Origin: Macrostomum lignano
Lineage: Eukaryota
Direction of reading: 5' to 3'
Length of the DNA stretch: 64,000 bases
Assembly (NCBI GenBank): GCA_002269645.1
Contig: NIVC01001619.1
Span: forward strand, 76,636-140,635
Both the position numbers and the translations under genes were made by a program. The notes beneath the pieces were generated by a model. It was given only the letters and a program-made list of their open reading frames with translations. It did no database searches and was not told where the DNA came from. Shown here in pieces: positions 1 to 39,644 of this stretch (its first letter is position 1; the number at the start of each line of letters is the position of its first letter).

Positions 1-57
<57 letters not shown>

Positions 58-58
58 G

Positions 59-113
<55 letters not shown>

Positions 114-122
114 GATAGATGG
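1..122. repeat. (TAGA)n microsatellite
   Basis: Direct reading. Confidence 0.95.
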
Positions 123-415
123 ATAGAATGTAACAAAAGTGCATTCTACCATCCCTTAAGCCTCAAGTCTGCTAATGGGAACAAGTCCAACAGGAAATTC
201 TCCCCACGGGATGAGATGAGGCGAGGGGAGCAGAACTCAGATGATGATGGCAATTTTTATACGCCATCATGGCTGGGGTGGGATTCTGTGCGGAGTTTGA
301 TGCAGCTGGCTGAGTTTGATGGATCCGCCTAAGTGGCTTCTCCGCAGCTGCCGGCTCCAGCGGGAGCACTTTTAGAAACTTTCTTATAAATATTCATCTG
401 CTTCACTGACTGCAC

Positions 416-10072
<9,657 letters not shown>

Positions 10073-11049
10073 CTGTCAAATAAATTTTCTTTACAAAACA
10101 AAAAAACAAAATTCTGAAGCAAAACAGACTTTCACTACTTTGAAATTTGAGTCTTGGCTTTAGAAAGCTTATTAGAGCTGGAAAATCGATTCTTTGAGCT
10201 GCTGTATAGTCCCAATGGCAGAGCACTGCACTTCTTATAGAGTTGCGGTTCTCAGTTGTGGGCACACTGAGATCCTATTAATCTAAACGCAGCGTTGGAT
10301 CTGCCTTTGAGCACAAGTGCGCGAGTACACTGCAGTTAGAGATAAGGAATATCAAGCGCATAGCGCATGCGTTTATGCAAAACTGGGTGCGTATTTTTTT
10401 ACACCAATAGAGGACGACAGTCAGAGTCTCAAGCTTGCAACATATATACGAGTCTTGTAGCAGTTTGCTTTGTCAATACAGATAGACAATACTGTGGCTG
10501 CCTTATTCCATGATAGCACAGGCTCATATTGGTTCAGTGCTTCCGTGTGCTTCTGCAGGTGAAGCCCATTTCCTGTGCTCACATGCTCACGGATTTAGCT
10601 ACACACAATTGAGTACAAAATGAAACAATTTCCCAATACGCATTTCGCGTGTTCACATAGTCTCCTGGTCGACGTGATAATGAAATTTGGAGGTTTGGCA
10701 AGGCTGCACTGAGGCGAAGGTTAAAGAGTACTCAAGTACTTCAAGTTTTTATAGAAAAATACATTGTGGAGATATTATAGGAGGTTTTCATTTCTTCAGT
10801 ACTATAATTGTTATTGCTTTTGATAAAAGACAGACTCAATATTCATCTTTTAATGTCTCCTTTCTTATAGGTTTATTGCTATTCATCACAGCTTTTCATT
10901 AAAAAAATTAAGATTCTATGTTAATTATATATCAAACGTACAATCCTACATGTCCAGTGCCTAAAATAAAATAAAAATATGTAACAGAGAATAATAAAAT
11001 TGTATCATAAAACCATATGAGTCGAGCTCATAGGATAGGATAGGATAGC

Positions 11050-12080
11050 TTTTCGGTGAGGTGGCACCCAACGAACGGACGACGGCGCACATCGTCGCTA
11101 TTCCGAAGTAGCCGGACACTACACGGCCTGAGGAGCACCAATGTATCTGCCTGCAGTCCTGCGCTGCGAAGCTGTTCAACCGGATGCTGCTATCGCGGTT
11201 GCAGCCCGTACGTGCTGAATCCGTACTTGCGGCCTGAGCAGAACGGCTTCCGGCCCCATCGCGGCGCAGTGGCACAGATCCTGGCTCTTCGCCGAGTCAT
11301 CGAGGATGCGCGGACCCGCCAGTTGAGCCTGATTTCTCTCTTTATTGACTTCAGGAAGGTTTTCGACTCGGTCGTGAGGGCCATGCTCCCAATGGTGCTC
11401 CCAACGACGGGCGTTGCGACGAGCGTCGGCCTGGTGATCAACACACAGAAGTCCGACTTGCTCTGCGTGCCGCATTACATCGAGGCTGCAATTTTCTGCC
11501 GAGGCGCTGACGGGTAGGTGATGAGACTTCCGAGCTGTCAGCAGTTCGTCTACCTCGGCGGTCTGATGCCTGACGTTCGCGAGGACCTGCGACGTCGCCG
11601 TGGACTTGCCTGGGCTGCCTTCCGCTCTCTGAGGGCTTTCAGTACGAGGCCCTGCCTGACCGCCAGAGGACGGCGTTGTTCTAGGCGGGGATCGAGATCG
11701 TCATGTTGTACAACGCCGAGACCTGGACTCTGACGGATTCGCTGGAACAGCAAGTCGATGAGGCGCACGCTGGCCTGCTGCGCCTTCAAGATCGGCACTC
11801 AATCGTCGCACTCGCCTGTTCCGTCCCATCAAATCGTTTCGCCATCGGCGACTCCAGCTGGCAGGCCATAATATTCGAGCCGAGTCGTACTGCCCACAAC
11901 CGGTGCAGGAACTGCTGCTGCTGACAATGCAGGCACCCTACTTGCAGGGACAGGCGCGCACTCGGCGTTTCGTCGACTACCTGTTGGCTGATGCCGGCGC
12001 CCCAGACACTGCGGCGGTGCGGCCTACGTTCGCGCCCAGGCCCTGAAACGCGCCCTGTGACGTTGTCCCACTCTTGACTG
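11050..12080 (+). mobile_element. Decayed non-LTR retrotransposon (RTE-like RT fragment) with internal deletion
   Basis: Frameshifted fragments AKLFNRMLL, LRPEQNGFRPHRG..QILALRRVIE, LFIDFRKVFDSV, GLVINTQKS, FVYLG, LYNAETWTLT; the YADD region is missing. Confidence 0.85.
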
Positions 12081-14745
12081 GCTGACAACGTATTTTGTTA
12101 TTGTAGGATAACATAGAATCCTGTAATTTTCTAACCGAAAAGCTTTATGAATATCAATAGAGCAATAAGAAAGGCATGCAAGACATTTCAAAGATGAACA
12201 TTGGGGCTCCCTTCTATCAAAAGCAATAGCGATTACTGTGCTGAAAAATGAAAACCTATCTCCGTAATGTATACATATTGTTTTTATAAAATCTGCCTCT
12301 TAAAAATTATAAAGAAACGTATAGTTTTCTGTCCTACTACTTTAGTAGGGTCCTTGGGAGAAAAAACCTTCGCGATTAAGTTACTCTTTTGATGAAGAAT
12401 TAAGGGATAGTGGTATATGTCTAGTGTAGTCGGCATAGTCAGTCGGTCTTTAGAGACCATCAATGGAGGCAATAAGAAACGTGTCCAGTCTTTCTTAAAT
12501 TTGATTTGTTGCTATCATTAAAACAAGCCAAGCTTAGCTTATTAAATACTGTGATTTAGTACTCAAAATACTTAAGCCTTAAATAATCTACATCATGTAG
12601 ATGTGTTTGTTATGTGTTTCATATATCTTACAAGTTAAACGCTACAAGTTACAAGTTGATTAGCGATTATCGCCACGTAGTGTTTTGCTCTACTGTGGTT
12701 TGCAATTCCATAAGGGAAATTATGATAACTATATATAAGCTTGAGTAAAAGACAAAGACTTTTTCTCAGCTTGTCAATCATTACACGCGTCGAGAATTGT
12801 AGACATTTCAAGACACTGTATAAAACGGATCGCTTGTACTCATAATAAGAACAATTGCAGCTTTGGAAAATTTTATGAAACGAAATTTATTTGTCACTTG
12901 TCACTAGTCGCACTTGTAGTCACTATATAGCTTAGCTACAAGTCGTATATGAACACCCCCTGGGAGGGGGGGCGTTTCATAGAAGTAATAAATTAAAAGC
13001 TACTACAAGCTTGTAGACTACAAACTACAAATGACAAGTTACAAGAGTATGCGTTTCACCACTTAATTTGTAAGTTTGAGCGAATAGCTACAGGCTACAA
13101 TTGTGTCAATCTACAATTATCTATGGTTAAAATCTATTAAAAACAAGACTATATTAAAAGACGTTCTCGTTTTCAGCAGCCGCGGCCCATTCCTCTAGCT
13201 GCCAAACCCTTTTCCTACGCGAGCAAGAATGCCACTGTCTATCTTTGGAGAAGAAGATTGTATTAAAAAAAAGAGATGAAATATCATCTTAGTCTAAATC
13301 AAAGTTATAAGTTAACTCGATCCTTAAACGTGCGTCGGTGTTCCGGGGCGACTTCAACGTCACTAGCGTCTCTATCACTATCTACGAGGTTGCAGGCTCG
13401 TACTTAGCATTATTATTCAGCATAAAGATACCATAGACGATTGAGCGCATTCCATGTACTTACTTTCTACGTATTTTCTTTGCTAACAATGTATGATCAT
13501 CATTTTGTCTCTTGCGTATCCAATTCCGGTTTCGTCAATGTTCTATGTCGATGCGACCTTGGTTTCTGGAAAACACCCACTGAACAATTTCCTTATAAGA
13601 GTTTTGTTGCGACATCAATGACTTTAACCACAAAACGACAAATATTCATTTACCGTAGGGTACGGCACGTTCCTTCCTGCACAGAAATCCGAAATTGATG
13701 ACATTGTGCTTTCACATAACATCAACTAATAACGAACGACGTCTGCATGCGTTGGCTGAACGTTGGTGTAATGTAAAAGTACATATCTGTCATCAGTGTC
13801 AGATTATTGTACGGGTCTATCGGCCTCGAACTCATTTCTAGGAAAATCGAACGTAATTCGCGTCCTTCCACTTCAGCGCACTGCCCAGTTGCCAAAACAA
13901 CTTCAATGTATTCGTCTATTTTTAGCTTGAAAAACTGAAATCTTTTTTACATTTTTTTTCTTTTACCATGACTTTGTATTGTTGGTTCTAAGAAAACAAT
14001 GCGTTAATCGATTTGTAAAGAAAACAATGGTTCGCTTCTGCGGATGCGTTACTACCTACTTCTTTGTGTCTCGAATTTCCGCAACTTGCCTTCTCTGCAC
14101 CAGTCTTATAGACAGAGAGATGCCTTTGGGGTTGAACGCTGCATCAGCTACCCACAGGAAACGCTCCGAGACAATGCAATGGGTCTGCCTTCCATGACAG
14201 AATCAGTAATTGCCCAACTAAACTTGGGAAGGCCAGGGAGACAGGCACCTGAGGAAAATTATTCCTTCAACTTTTTTATCGGTTCTTGTTGCGGGAACTG
14301 ACAGCTTATTCATATCACAAGATACTTCTATATCTAGAAATAGGTAATATTTTACATGTATGCATCAAATTTGCTGTTAGGGATATCCGAAAGCTAAAAA
14401 AATTAATGACGAATTAGCCGAAATTATTATCGATAGCCAAAGCAAAAATTAAAAAGGTTTGTATTTTCTGTTTCTTTAAAGCTACACAGAAATCAGATTT
14501 TGTTTCACTACTCAAAAGAATATTACGGGGCACGTTAGCATCAAACTTCATTCGAGGCCGGGAAAATAAAAACTCGATTTCAGGGTTAGCAGCAAATGTT
14601 CTTCGGGGGTTCAATGTGTCGTTTTCAATAATCTTTGTTGCAGTTCTCTTCCGTATACAGTCTCTATAGCTCCTTCATCTACTAAGCCTTCATAGCTTTA
14701 TCCCGACTCACTCAGCCTCACAGCTTCATCCTGACTCACTCAGCC

Positions 14746-15598
14746 TCACAGCTTCATCCAGATCCACTCAGCCTCGCTGGCCACCTCAGCGGGCACAGCG
14801 GCGAATCTCAGCAGGCGGCACATGCGGCTCGAAGCTGCGAAGACGCAGCCCTGACAGTCCGTGCTGCCGTAGCAGATGGTGGCGCATTCAACTGCGCTGC
14901 TGGCTGCGATGCTGCGGTGAGTGATGGAGCTGGCGGAGGCTGTGATGTTCGGCAGAGACGTCACGGGCAGTTTCGACATCACCGGATCGACTGCAGAAGG
15001 TTTGGTTAAAAATATGGAATGGCAATATTTTATTTGATATTTTTATCGCTCAGAGTTATTCGAATATTGCTGGTAAAATCGCTCATTTAAGGACTACTTT
15101 AGAACACAGCGTTTTTATAAAGTCGTCCTTAGCTAAATTAGCTTGTGTTTAAGCTTGTACGAGCTGCGTTAATCCAGAATGCTTACTTGGTGAGTAAGTC
15201 AGTTCGTAGATAGAATTTCTGTAAGTTCCACCGCAAATCTGAGACGAGTTTCCGCTGCAAGCCAAGCTGCAGTTGCCAGCCGGTGCGATGCCGTGCGATC
15301 CGTAGGCCGAGCCGCAGCAGCAGTAGCCCGCGGCCTGAACTCCAAAGTAGCGAAATCGGCCGTAAGAGCACATCTGGCTGCACAGTTGCAGTGTCATCCT
15401 GGCGACATCGAAAACAAATCCTGGGACATTGGGGTGAGTCTCAAACTGTCCGAACTTTTTCACCCCCTCCAGTCCTACAAGATCTCGGTTGCCACTAGCG
15501 CCATCCACGTAGCAGCCGAGGTGGCGAAACTCCAACGGTTGAGGCGGCACCGCAGCAGCGGCTGCCCAGCAGAGCAGCAGAGCGCAGAGTTTCAGCAT
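14746..15598 (-). CDS. Secreted WSC-domain protein with C-terminal PAN/apple-like module, 2 exons (15187-15598, 14746-14990), about 218 aa
   Basis: Signal peptide MLKLCALLLCWAAAAA; WSC pattern LGCYVD...MTLQLCSQMC...YFGVQAAGYCCCGS...CSLACSGNSSQICGG; GTAAG donor and TGCAG acceptor in phase 1; exon 2 SAVECATIC...DCQGCVF...MCRL resembles PAN/apple. Confidence 0.85.
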
Positions 15599-15779
15599 TG
15601 GGAGTCCAGAGAGTGACCAAACCGCAGTTTCTGAGACGCTTCTTCTGATTCAGGTAAGAAATTTAAGCAATATATTTGCTGGAAGAAGCCAATGGAAAAT
15701 CGCCCACCAAATCTGTGCATGGATTGGCTGACACCCTATCACCGTTTCTATTTGTTATTCCGACCGATTACGTCATGCG

Positions 15780-16290
15780 GCTGGCTCTGCGCGACGAAGA
15801 CGGCTATGAAGTGGTGCCTCGCCGCAGCTCCCGCTTTCCCTGTGTCAAAAGCTGACCTGCCTCGCCTACGCCGACGACTTGGCGCTGACCTGCTGCAGCC
15901 ACGAAGCTGCGCAGAGGGCGGTGAGTCGGCTGGCTGACGAGCTGGCTGGCTCCACATCAACTACGGCAAGACATAGGTGCTGCATGTTGGCATTGCCAAC
16001 TCTTCACCGCTGCTTCTACCGGACGGCAACACCATCGCCCAGTGCAACCAGTTCAAGTATCTGGGCGTCCTGACCCGGATGCCATTGTTAACAACCGCAA
16101 ACAGCTGGCTTGGCGAGCCTCCCACCTTCTCCGCTCCATCTTCAACTGCCGGCTCGCCTCCGACAGCTTGAAGGTCGCCCTCTTCCGCTCGGCAGTTGAG
16201 ACGGTGCTGACCTATGGGCTGGAAGCTGTTCCCATGACTGCCACTCTGACTGACACGTCGCTTCTCACTGACTTGCCTAGGCTCTGGGCC
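15780..16290 (+). mobile_element. Decayed non-LTR retrotransposon RT fragment
   Basis: GCC TAC GCC GAC GAC TTG (AYADDL) near 15865, then HINYGKT, QFKYLG, FRSAVETVLTYGLEA across frameshifts. Confidence 0.8.
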
Positions 16291-18201
16291 TTAGCCCTCA
16301 GTCTGCAACTAGGCTAGAGTCAGCTGTTTTTCACCAGCGGGTGCTTCGCTGACCCCTGCGCCAGCGTCTGTTTGATAATAATAATAATAATAATGTTAAT
16401 AATAATAATAATAATAATAATATTAATAATAATAATAATAATGTTAATAATAGTAATAATAATAATAATACTAAATAATAAATAATATTAATAATGGCGG
16501 AGGAGACTTTATCAGACAAATCTCTGAAATCTCCTATTTATCTCCAATATGTATAATTTTTCGGTAAAACCTTTCTACTAAAATTTTACAAGAAACGTAT
16601 AGTTTCCCGTCCTACTTGAGTAGCCGTTGATACAGACATTGATGCTTTTGAAATTTTTAGACCTAAATAACTCCAAGGAAAATTTTAATTAAAATTTATC
16701 CAGATTATTCTTTGCATGTACGTTTGCATAAATTTCTGTATTAATTATAAATATTCCGATAAAAAATTGTTACCCCATCCTATAATTAGGATTTTAACTT
16801 TTTTGATAGATTTTATCAAGGACCACTAGGAACACTTCGTTATATACTTATAGTCTAGTAGTCCTTGGATTTTATTTGTAAACCACAGATTTTTATAGTA
16901 AGTAGAGATCTCGATCACTTTAGTAATGTAATGTATCTTTATATCTATTTTAAAAGTAATCATATTTTGTATTTATTTCACATTGTGCATTATTTGTATT
17001 TGTATTCTATTTATATTTTACTGTATGTACTTGTTTATTTTGCTTGACAGTTTATAATGAAGATTGAAGCTTGTTTTAATGACTAATAATTAACTAAAAT
17101 AAATATGAATCATAGATTTTTTGGTAACAGTTCGCCGCTCTGATTCAGCACCTCTCGATTGAAAATTCAAATTATGGTCTTCGGCTATTCATTTCATTAC
17201 AGTAAATGCAGTTTGAACAAAACGAATCAGTTCATCGGTGTTTACATTAACTTAACAAAATTATTTGTAGAATCCGATTAGCTAAACAAATAATAAGCTT
17301 GTTATATTTATTTAATAATAAATTTAGTAATAATTAAAAAATACAAGAATAAAAATTAAAGTACAATATACTTCCAAAATTATGAACTCTCAGATTTTTC
17401 TTATTATTGCGTATCTAACAGATATGATTTTAGAGGCAAAAACAATTTTTGGATTTTTTATATTAAATACAATAAACTACAACACAGCCAAAAAGCATAA
17501 AAAACTAAAAAAACTGCAGAAAGGCTAACAGGGGTTAAAAATGTTTCCAAACAGCTAGACAACGAAGATGATTGTGCAAGAATGGAAGTGAATGGGTAGT
17601 ATAATATATGAAATGGCAAGAAAAAATGAAAAAAATTATGAGAAAAACAAACGGAAAGAGCTTCTGTGAGCTTACGGAGTGCTCACAGAAATTTAAACAA
17701 TTAGCCACCCATCTTACGGTACTACTGACAATTGCAAGTAAGTAGTAAGATAGATAGATATGATTGTGCTAGCTAAAATTGTAGTTCGCAATTAATTAAA
17801 TTACTGAGGTGCAACTGTTGACGTCCAGAAAGCTAACACAAAGGACAGAGAAGCGGCAGAAATAAATTTTGTTCAAATTCATCAAACGTTCAAAATATTA
17901 AATTTTTAACAATTCGTAAATATAAATACCCACAACTTAACGATTAAAACATCAAATAGACCCCGAACTGTCAGCAATTCGTAACCATTAGCTCTTTTAA
18001 CAAACAATAGAAGAAGTATAAAGTCAACTTAATTTATAATTAACCTTTACGAAAGGTTCAGAATTTAAGATTCTGTCCGTCCGGGCTTCAAAAATTAAAA
18101 TGGTTCAATATTAAAATGGACCCATATTTTTTCTATTTCCAATTCGGTTTTAACTTATGTGCCTAAACTTGAATTTGTCGAATAGTAATTACTGCAAAAA
18201 A

Positions 18202-29463
<11,262 letters not shown>

Positions 29464-30469
29464 GCGGTCTCTATCGTGTCCGTGGAGATTGAGGAATAGA
29501 CTGTAAAAATATGGTGATGAAGAGCAGGCGGAGTCTGGTACAGAAGTCAGACAACTACCATAAACTGGGCTGTCTGTCTCTCCAAAACAGCCTTCAACCT
29601 TTACCGCACACGCTAGCCTATGGCTATATTTATATACAGAGATAAACAGCATTTGGTCTGAGGCAGAAGTACATTTACGTTTGAGCTCTCAGCTCTGCTC
29701 AACGGTGGTTGGACCCTCTCGAGGCTTCTGGGGTGAACGGAGGGCTTTGAGAGGGCCCTCCCCGACTCTCCCCGACTCTCCCTTTCTCTCCGTGCGGTCA
29801 CAATCCAGTGCGCAAAAAAGCCGAGGAACTGAGTCCCCGTTCAAATCCCTTAAGCTGTCAATTTTCCCCTTCCCTTTCCACCCTCTCTCTCCTGCAGGCC
29901 AAGTCTCAATTAGACCCATGCAGACTCTATCTGTAAGTGTATCTCCCAAGCCATGGCGACTTTCAAGGCCTTCTCACATGTACTAGCAAAGCTCGCGTAC
30001 TAAGAGGGAAGACAGATTGGGAGACGTCTGAAGGTATGGATTTATAGTGTACTCAGTGGCCCTCTCCATCTTCACACATGGCTCTGTTCGCCTTCTCTAT
30101 CCGTGCCAAGCTGCACGCCATTGGGGAGGAGTATACAGCTCAGGCCCCGAGACAGAGACAGACGGACAGATAGATTAGGATTCTGCTGTACAGTGTTAAA
30201 ACCGGATGGATCTGGCGACGGCTGGACTGGGGCGTTTTTAGCTCAGCTCCTCCTCAGTTAGTTATATTTTTCTCAATCCAACATGCATCTTTTTGCAGTG
30301 GCTACTGAAAAATCAGCATTAGTACTGTAGTGTACTTGCGCAGAGGAGCATGTCACAACTTTATCAAAATTTACCTTCAATCTTGAACCCACTAGGACTA
30401 AATATCACATTGATTGACTTATACACCATAGATATACCACACAGACAGCGTACCCCTTAAATGCCACAC

Positions 30470-31370
30470 ACCATAGATCCCAAACCCCACAGATCCCACA
30501 CCCCATAGATGCCATACCTCATAGATCACACAACCAATGGATCACCCACCCTATGGATCCCGCACCCCATAGATCACACACACCCCATAGATCCCACACC
30601 CCATAGATCTCACACCCCATAGATCCCACACCCCATAGATCCCACACCCCATAGATCCCACACCCCATAGATCCCACACCCCATAGATCCCACACCCCAT
30701 GGATCCCACACCTCATAGATCCGACAATCCCATAGATCCCACACCACATAGATCACACATCCCATAGATCCCACACCCCATAGATGACACATCCCATAGA
30801 TCACACATCCCATAGATCCCACACCCCATAGATCCCACACCCCATAGATCCCACAACCCCATAGATCCCACAACCCCATAGATCCCACAACCCCATAGAT
30901 CCCACAACCCCATAGATCCCACAACCCCATAGATCCCACAACCCCATAGATCCCACAACCCCATAGATCACACACTCCATAGATCCCACAACCCCATAGA
31001 TCCCACAACCCCATAGTTCCACACCCCATAGATCACACATCCCATAGATCCCACAACCCCATAGATCACACACTCCATAGATCCCACACCCCATAGATCA
31101 CACACCCCATAGATCCCACATCCCATAGATCCCACATCCCATAGATCCCACATCCCATAGATCCCACAACCCCATAGATCACACACTCCATAGATCCCAC
31201 ACCCCATAGATCACACACCACATAGATCCCACATCCCATAGATCCCACAACCCCATAGATCCCACAACTCCATAGATCACACACTCCATAGATCCCACAC
31301 CCCATAGATCACACATCCCATAGATCCCACATCCCATAGATCCAACAACCCCATAGTTCCACACCCAATA
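30470..31370. repeat. 16-17-bp CCCATAGATCCCACAC minisatellite; related unit at 26200-26470
   Basis: Direct reading. Confidence 0.9.
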
Positions 31371-32784
31371 TATTTCACACGCATAGAATCTCAAACGTAA
31401 AAGTTGAACTAGACTAGTTGAACTAGTTGAACTGATTCAATCTACAATGAAAATAGTACGTGCAATAAATTTGAAAGAATCAAATGAAAACAATGATTGG
31501 TGCTGCTAGGGGAAACTATAGAAACGCCAAAGAAAGTAAAATACTTTCATTTGTGTAAATTTTTATTCAACACAGCTGTTGTTGGGGGGGGGGCTTTCAA
31601 CACTCCGCTCAGACACTTTTCTTGCCTTTCACTGTCACCTTTAATCAGTCACTCACGCGGTTCTTATATACACAGTCACAATCAGCATGCAGTTAATAAT
31701 AAACTGTGTTTTGGACAATAAGCTCAGACTATAGAAGTATTTAAGGAAGGTCTTTTAAGGAAGTTGCTTGAGAGTTTCCTGCGACAGTGGCTAATGGCGT
31801 GCTGTGGACCGACAGGATTCAGTTCACACAGGCACTTAAGAACTACACGAGTTTACAGTATTTGACGGCCTTGACGTAAATTATAAGTAGTAGCAATACT
31901 TTTCCCAGCTAAAATTCCTGCAGAGAGAGCTATAGGATAAAGACAGAGCAAAATTTGCATTTATTTATTAATAATTTCTATTTTGACTGTAGGCTGGTAC
32001 GAGATTTTGGCACATTGCCAAATTATATACATGTAGTTTAATAAAACATATTTATAATTTACACGTCGCTTTATTGAACACTACTCGTACATAGCTCAAA
32101 ATGGCCAGATAAAGATAATCTAGCAAATGACTGCAAGAGGATGTGAGAGTTGAGACTATACAGATCGCGAGAAGAGAGGGGCGAGAAAGGATCGATGAGA
32201 TGAGAGATAGGATGAAAGGAGAGAGAGGTGGAAGAAAAAGAGAAAGGCAAAAAGAGAAAAGATGAGAGAGATGAAAGATAAGATTTGAAAAAAGAGAAGA
32301 GAGGAAGGATGAGATAGATGAGCGATGGCATGAGATAAGGGAAGTGGAGGAAAGATGAGACAGATGAGAGATGGGATGGGAAAAAGAGAAGAGAGGAAAG
32401 ATGAGACAGATGAGAGATGGGATGGGAAAAAGAGAAGAGAGGAAAGATGAGACAGATGAGAGATGGGATGGGAAAAAGAGAAGAGAGGAAAGATGAGACA
32501 GGTGAGAGATGGGATGGGAAAAAGAGAAGAGAGGAAAGATGAGAGAGACGAGAGATGGGATGAGAAAAGGGAAATGGAGGAAATATGAGAGATGGGATGA
32601 GAAAAGCGAAGGAGAGGAAAGATGAGATGAGATCGCGATGATTGATGGGATAAGAAAACGAGAAGAGATGAAATATTAGAGATGATCGATGTGATGAGAA
32701 ATATGGGAAAGACGAGAGAAGAAAGCTATAAGAAGAGCCGGATCGCTATTCGCACGAAGCTTTAAAATAACCCATGGGCCGCGG

Positions 32785-33337
32785 GGTGGGTTTCACAAAC
32801 GCGAAATTTCACAACCGCGAAACTTCACAACCGCGAAACTTCACAACCGCTAAATGTCATTTACTTTCACAACCGCGAAACTTCATAACCGCGAAACTTC
32901 ACAAACGCGAAACTTCACAACCGCGAAACTTCACAACCGCGAAATTTCACAACCGCTAAATGTCATTTACTTTCACAACCGCGAAACTTCATAACCGCGA
33001 AACTTCACAAACGCGAAACTTCACAACCGCGAAACTTCACAACCGCGAAATTTCACAACCGCTAAATGTCATTTACTTTCACAACCGCGAAACTTCACAA
33101 ACGCTAAAATTTTTGCATTTACTTTCATATACAACAAACAGTCTTTTTAGCGGTTGTGAAGTTTCGCGGTTGTGAAAGTAGATGACATTTAGCGGTTGTG
33201 AAGTTTCACGTTTGTGAAGTTTAGCGCTCATGAAAGTATGTGATTTAGCGGGTTGTGAAGTTTCGCGCTTATGAAGTTCGCGTTTATGAAAGTAGGTGAT
33301 TTACGGTTGTGAAATTTCGCGTTTGTGAAAGCAAACC
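32785..33337. mobile_element. Foldback/Mutator-like MITE with TIRs made of tandem subrepeats
   Basis: Left arm TTTCACAACCGCGAAAC repeats are inverted in the right arm; 9-bp direct repeat GGGCCGCGG at 32776-32784 and 33338-33346. Confidence 0.75.
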
Positions 33338-34049
33338 GGGCCGCGGATAGAGAGGCTTCGCAGTTTGCCAACCTTATACTACTGTAGAGTTTCTACATTT
33401 CCATTGTGAATGCTTTAGCCGTCAAGCCGTCTCATTATTGAAATACTAAATAATGGACTTCGCGTATCTCATTGGCAGTAAATGCACATTTGGCCAAGAC
33501 ACAACCATTAGCAAAAAGCAACCCAGAACCCAGTAATTGCTAGAAATAATTGTCATTTGACCCAGCTCCTAAAGGGACTACGAATTTTGTAAAGCCAAAT
33601 TCACATAACAGGTGTGGCTTGCATCTATATATGTATACGACTTCTGTATATTTATATATCATTGCACTGATAGCATACCCCTAGGTATGTGAATGTGTTG
33701 TATTGATTTTTATGTAGGGTGTGGCTATTTTGTACGGTATGGCTCAGAACTCGACTTGACAATCTTGTTGAGCCCTCAAAAGCATGAGCAGGTCATACTG
33801 CAAGCTCAGTAGGATCTTCGCCAATGTTAATTAATCCCCACTAGCTACTATAAAGTCTGCCAACACTTGAAAAAACGCATGCAGTGTGCCAATCATGCCA
33901 AATCCGAGTGCTTGCCAACAGCAACGCTCAGGAAATGAAGTCAATAAAACTTGTTAAGCGGGGATCGTTCGATCCCAGCGGCCATAATTCACAGTTTATC
34001 ATCAAATATTCAGACCCAGACCGTGCCTGCATGCTCAAAGTACATATAC

Positions 34050-34520
34050 ATGTAAGATCTCTACAAAATCAGATCTCGTTGATGCTACTAGCAAGTAGCC
34101 TGAACAAGTTTTCAACTCTAAAACGACGTCCGAGATGTCGTCACGGTTACAAGTCGCTCAAAAGACGTCAGAGTCAATTTGAAGTGTTTTATGGTCTGCG
34201 ACTATGGGGCCATATAGAGTCGTATTTGAGGCATGCTAGAGTCGACTGTATCTAGTCACTGAGTTGTGTTTGAAGCGCATTTGCGTCGCTTGATCGACGA
34301 ATTAGAGTCACATCTCTGGCGAAATTGAGCGCCATCGCAACGATTCTTGGACGACCCTTTCGCGACTCTTTTAGGATTCTACAAGTCACGCGACGCAACA
34401 GACGACTCTCCGTCACATTGGACGTGCTTGAGTCATTAAAAAGTCACAATTGAGTCGCTAGTAGATCACTAGAGAATTTTTTGCAACTAGCGATTATTGT
34501 CACGGTATCGTTTTCAACGA
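34050..34520 (+). repeat. Old dispersed repeat rich in GAGTC/GACTC motifs; homologous copy at about 42520-44020 is interrupted by the hAT MITE
   Basis: Collinear blocks TCTAAAACGAC, TACAAGTCG, AGAGTCGTAT.TGAGG, GCGACTCTTT, CTCTCCGTC.CATT, TTAAAAAGTCA, CACTAGAGA, CGTTTTC in both copies. Confidence 0.6.
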
Positions 34521-34723
34521 GCCATCTTTAAATTGGGGTTTTAAGAGGTTATAAATGAAATAACTGAAACTCAGAAAAATCCATCAAAAATATTTTCGAA
34601 CGCAGAAATTTTCTTAAGACGTGGTTCAACAGCGAAGACTGTTTATTTACTATCGTAATTGTTGAATTTAAAACCCAAGAGAAGCTGGAGCGAGAAAGTT
34701 TCACAACAATGAAATGCCAGGAC

Positions 34724-39644
<4,921 letters not shown>

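Noticed and set aside
172-369. 65-aa ORF at the window start
   Set aside because: Non-ATG start; lies downstream of the stop of the 416-454 exon, so probably 3' UTR.
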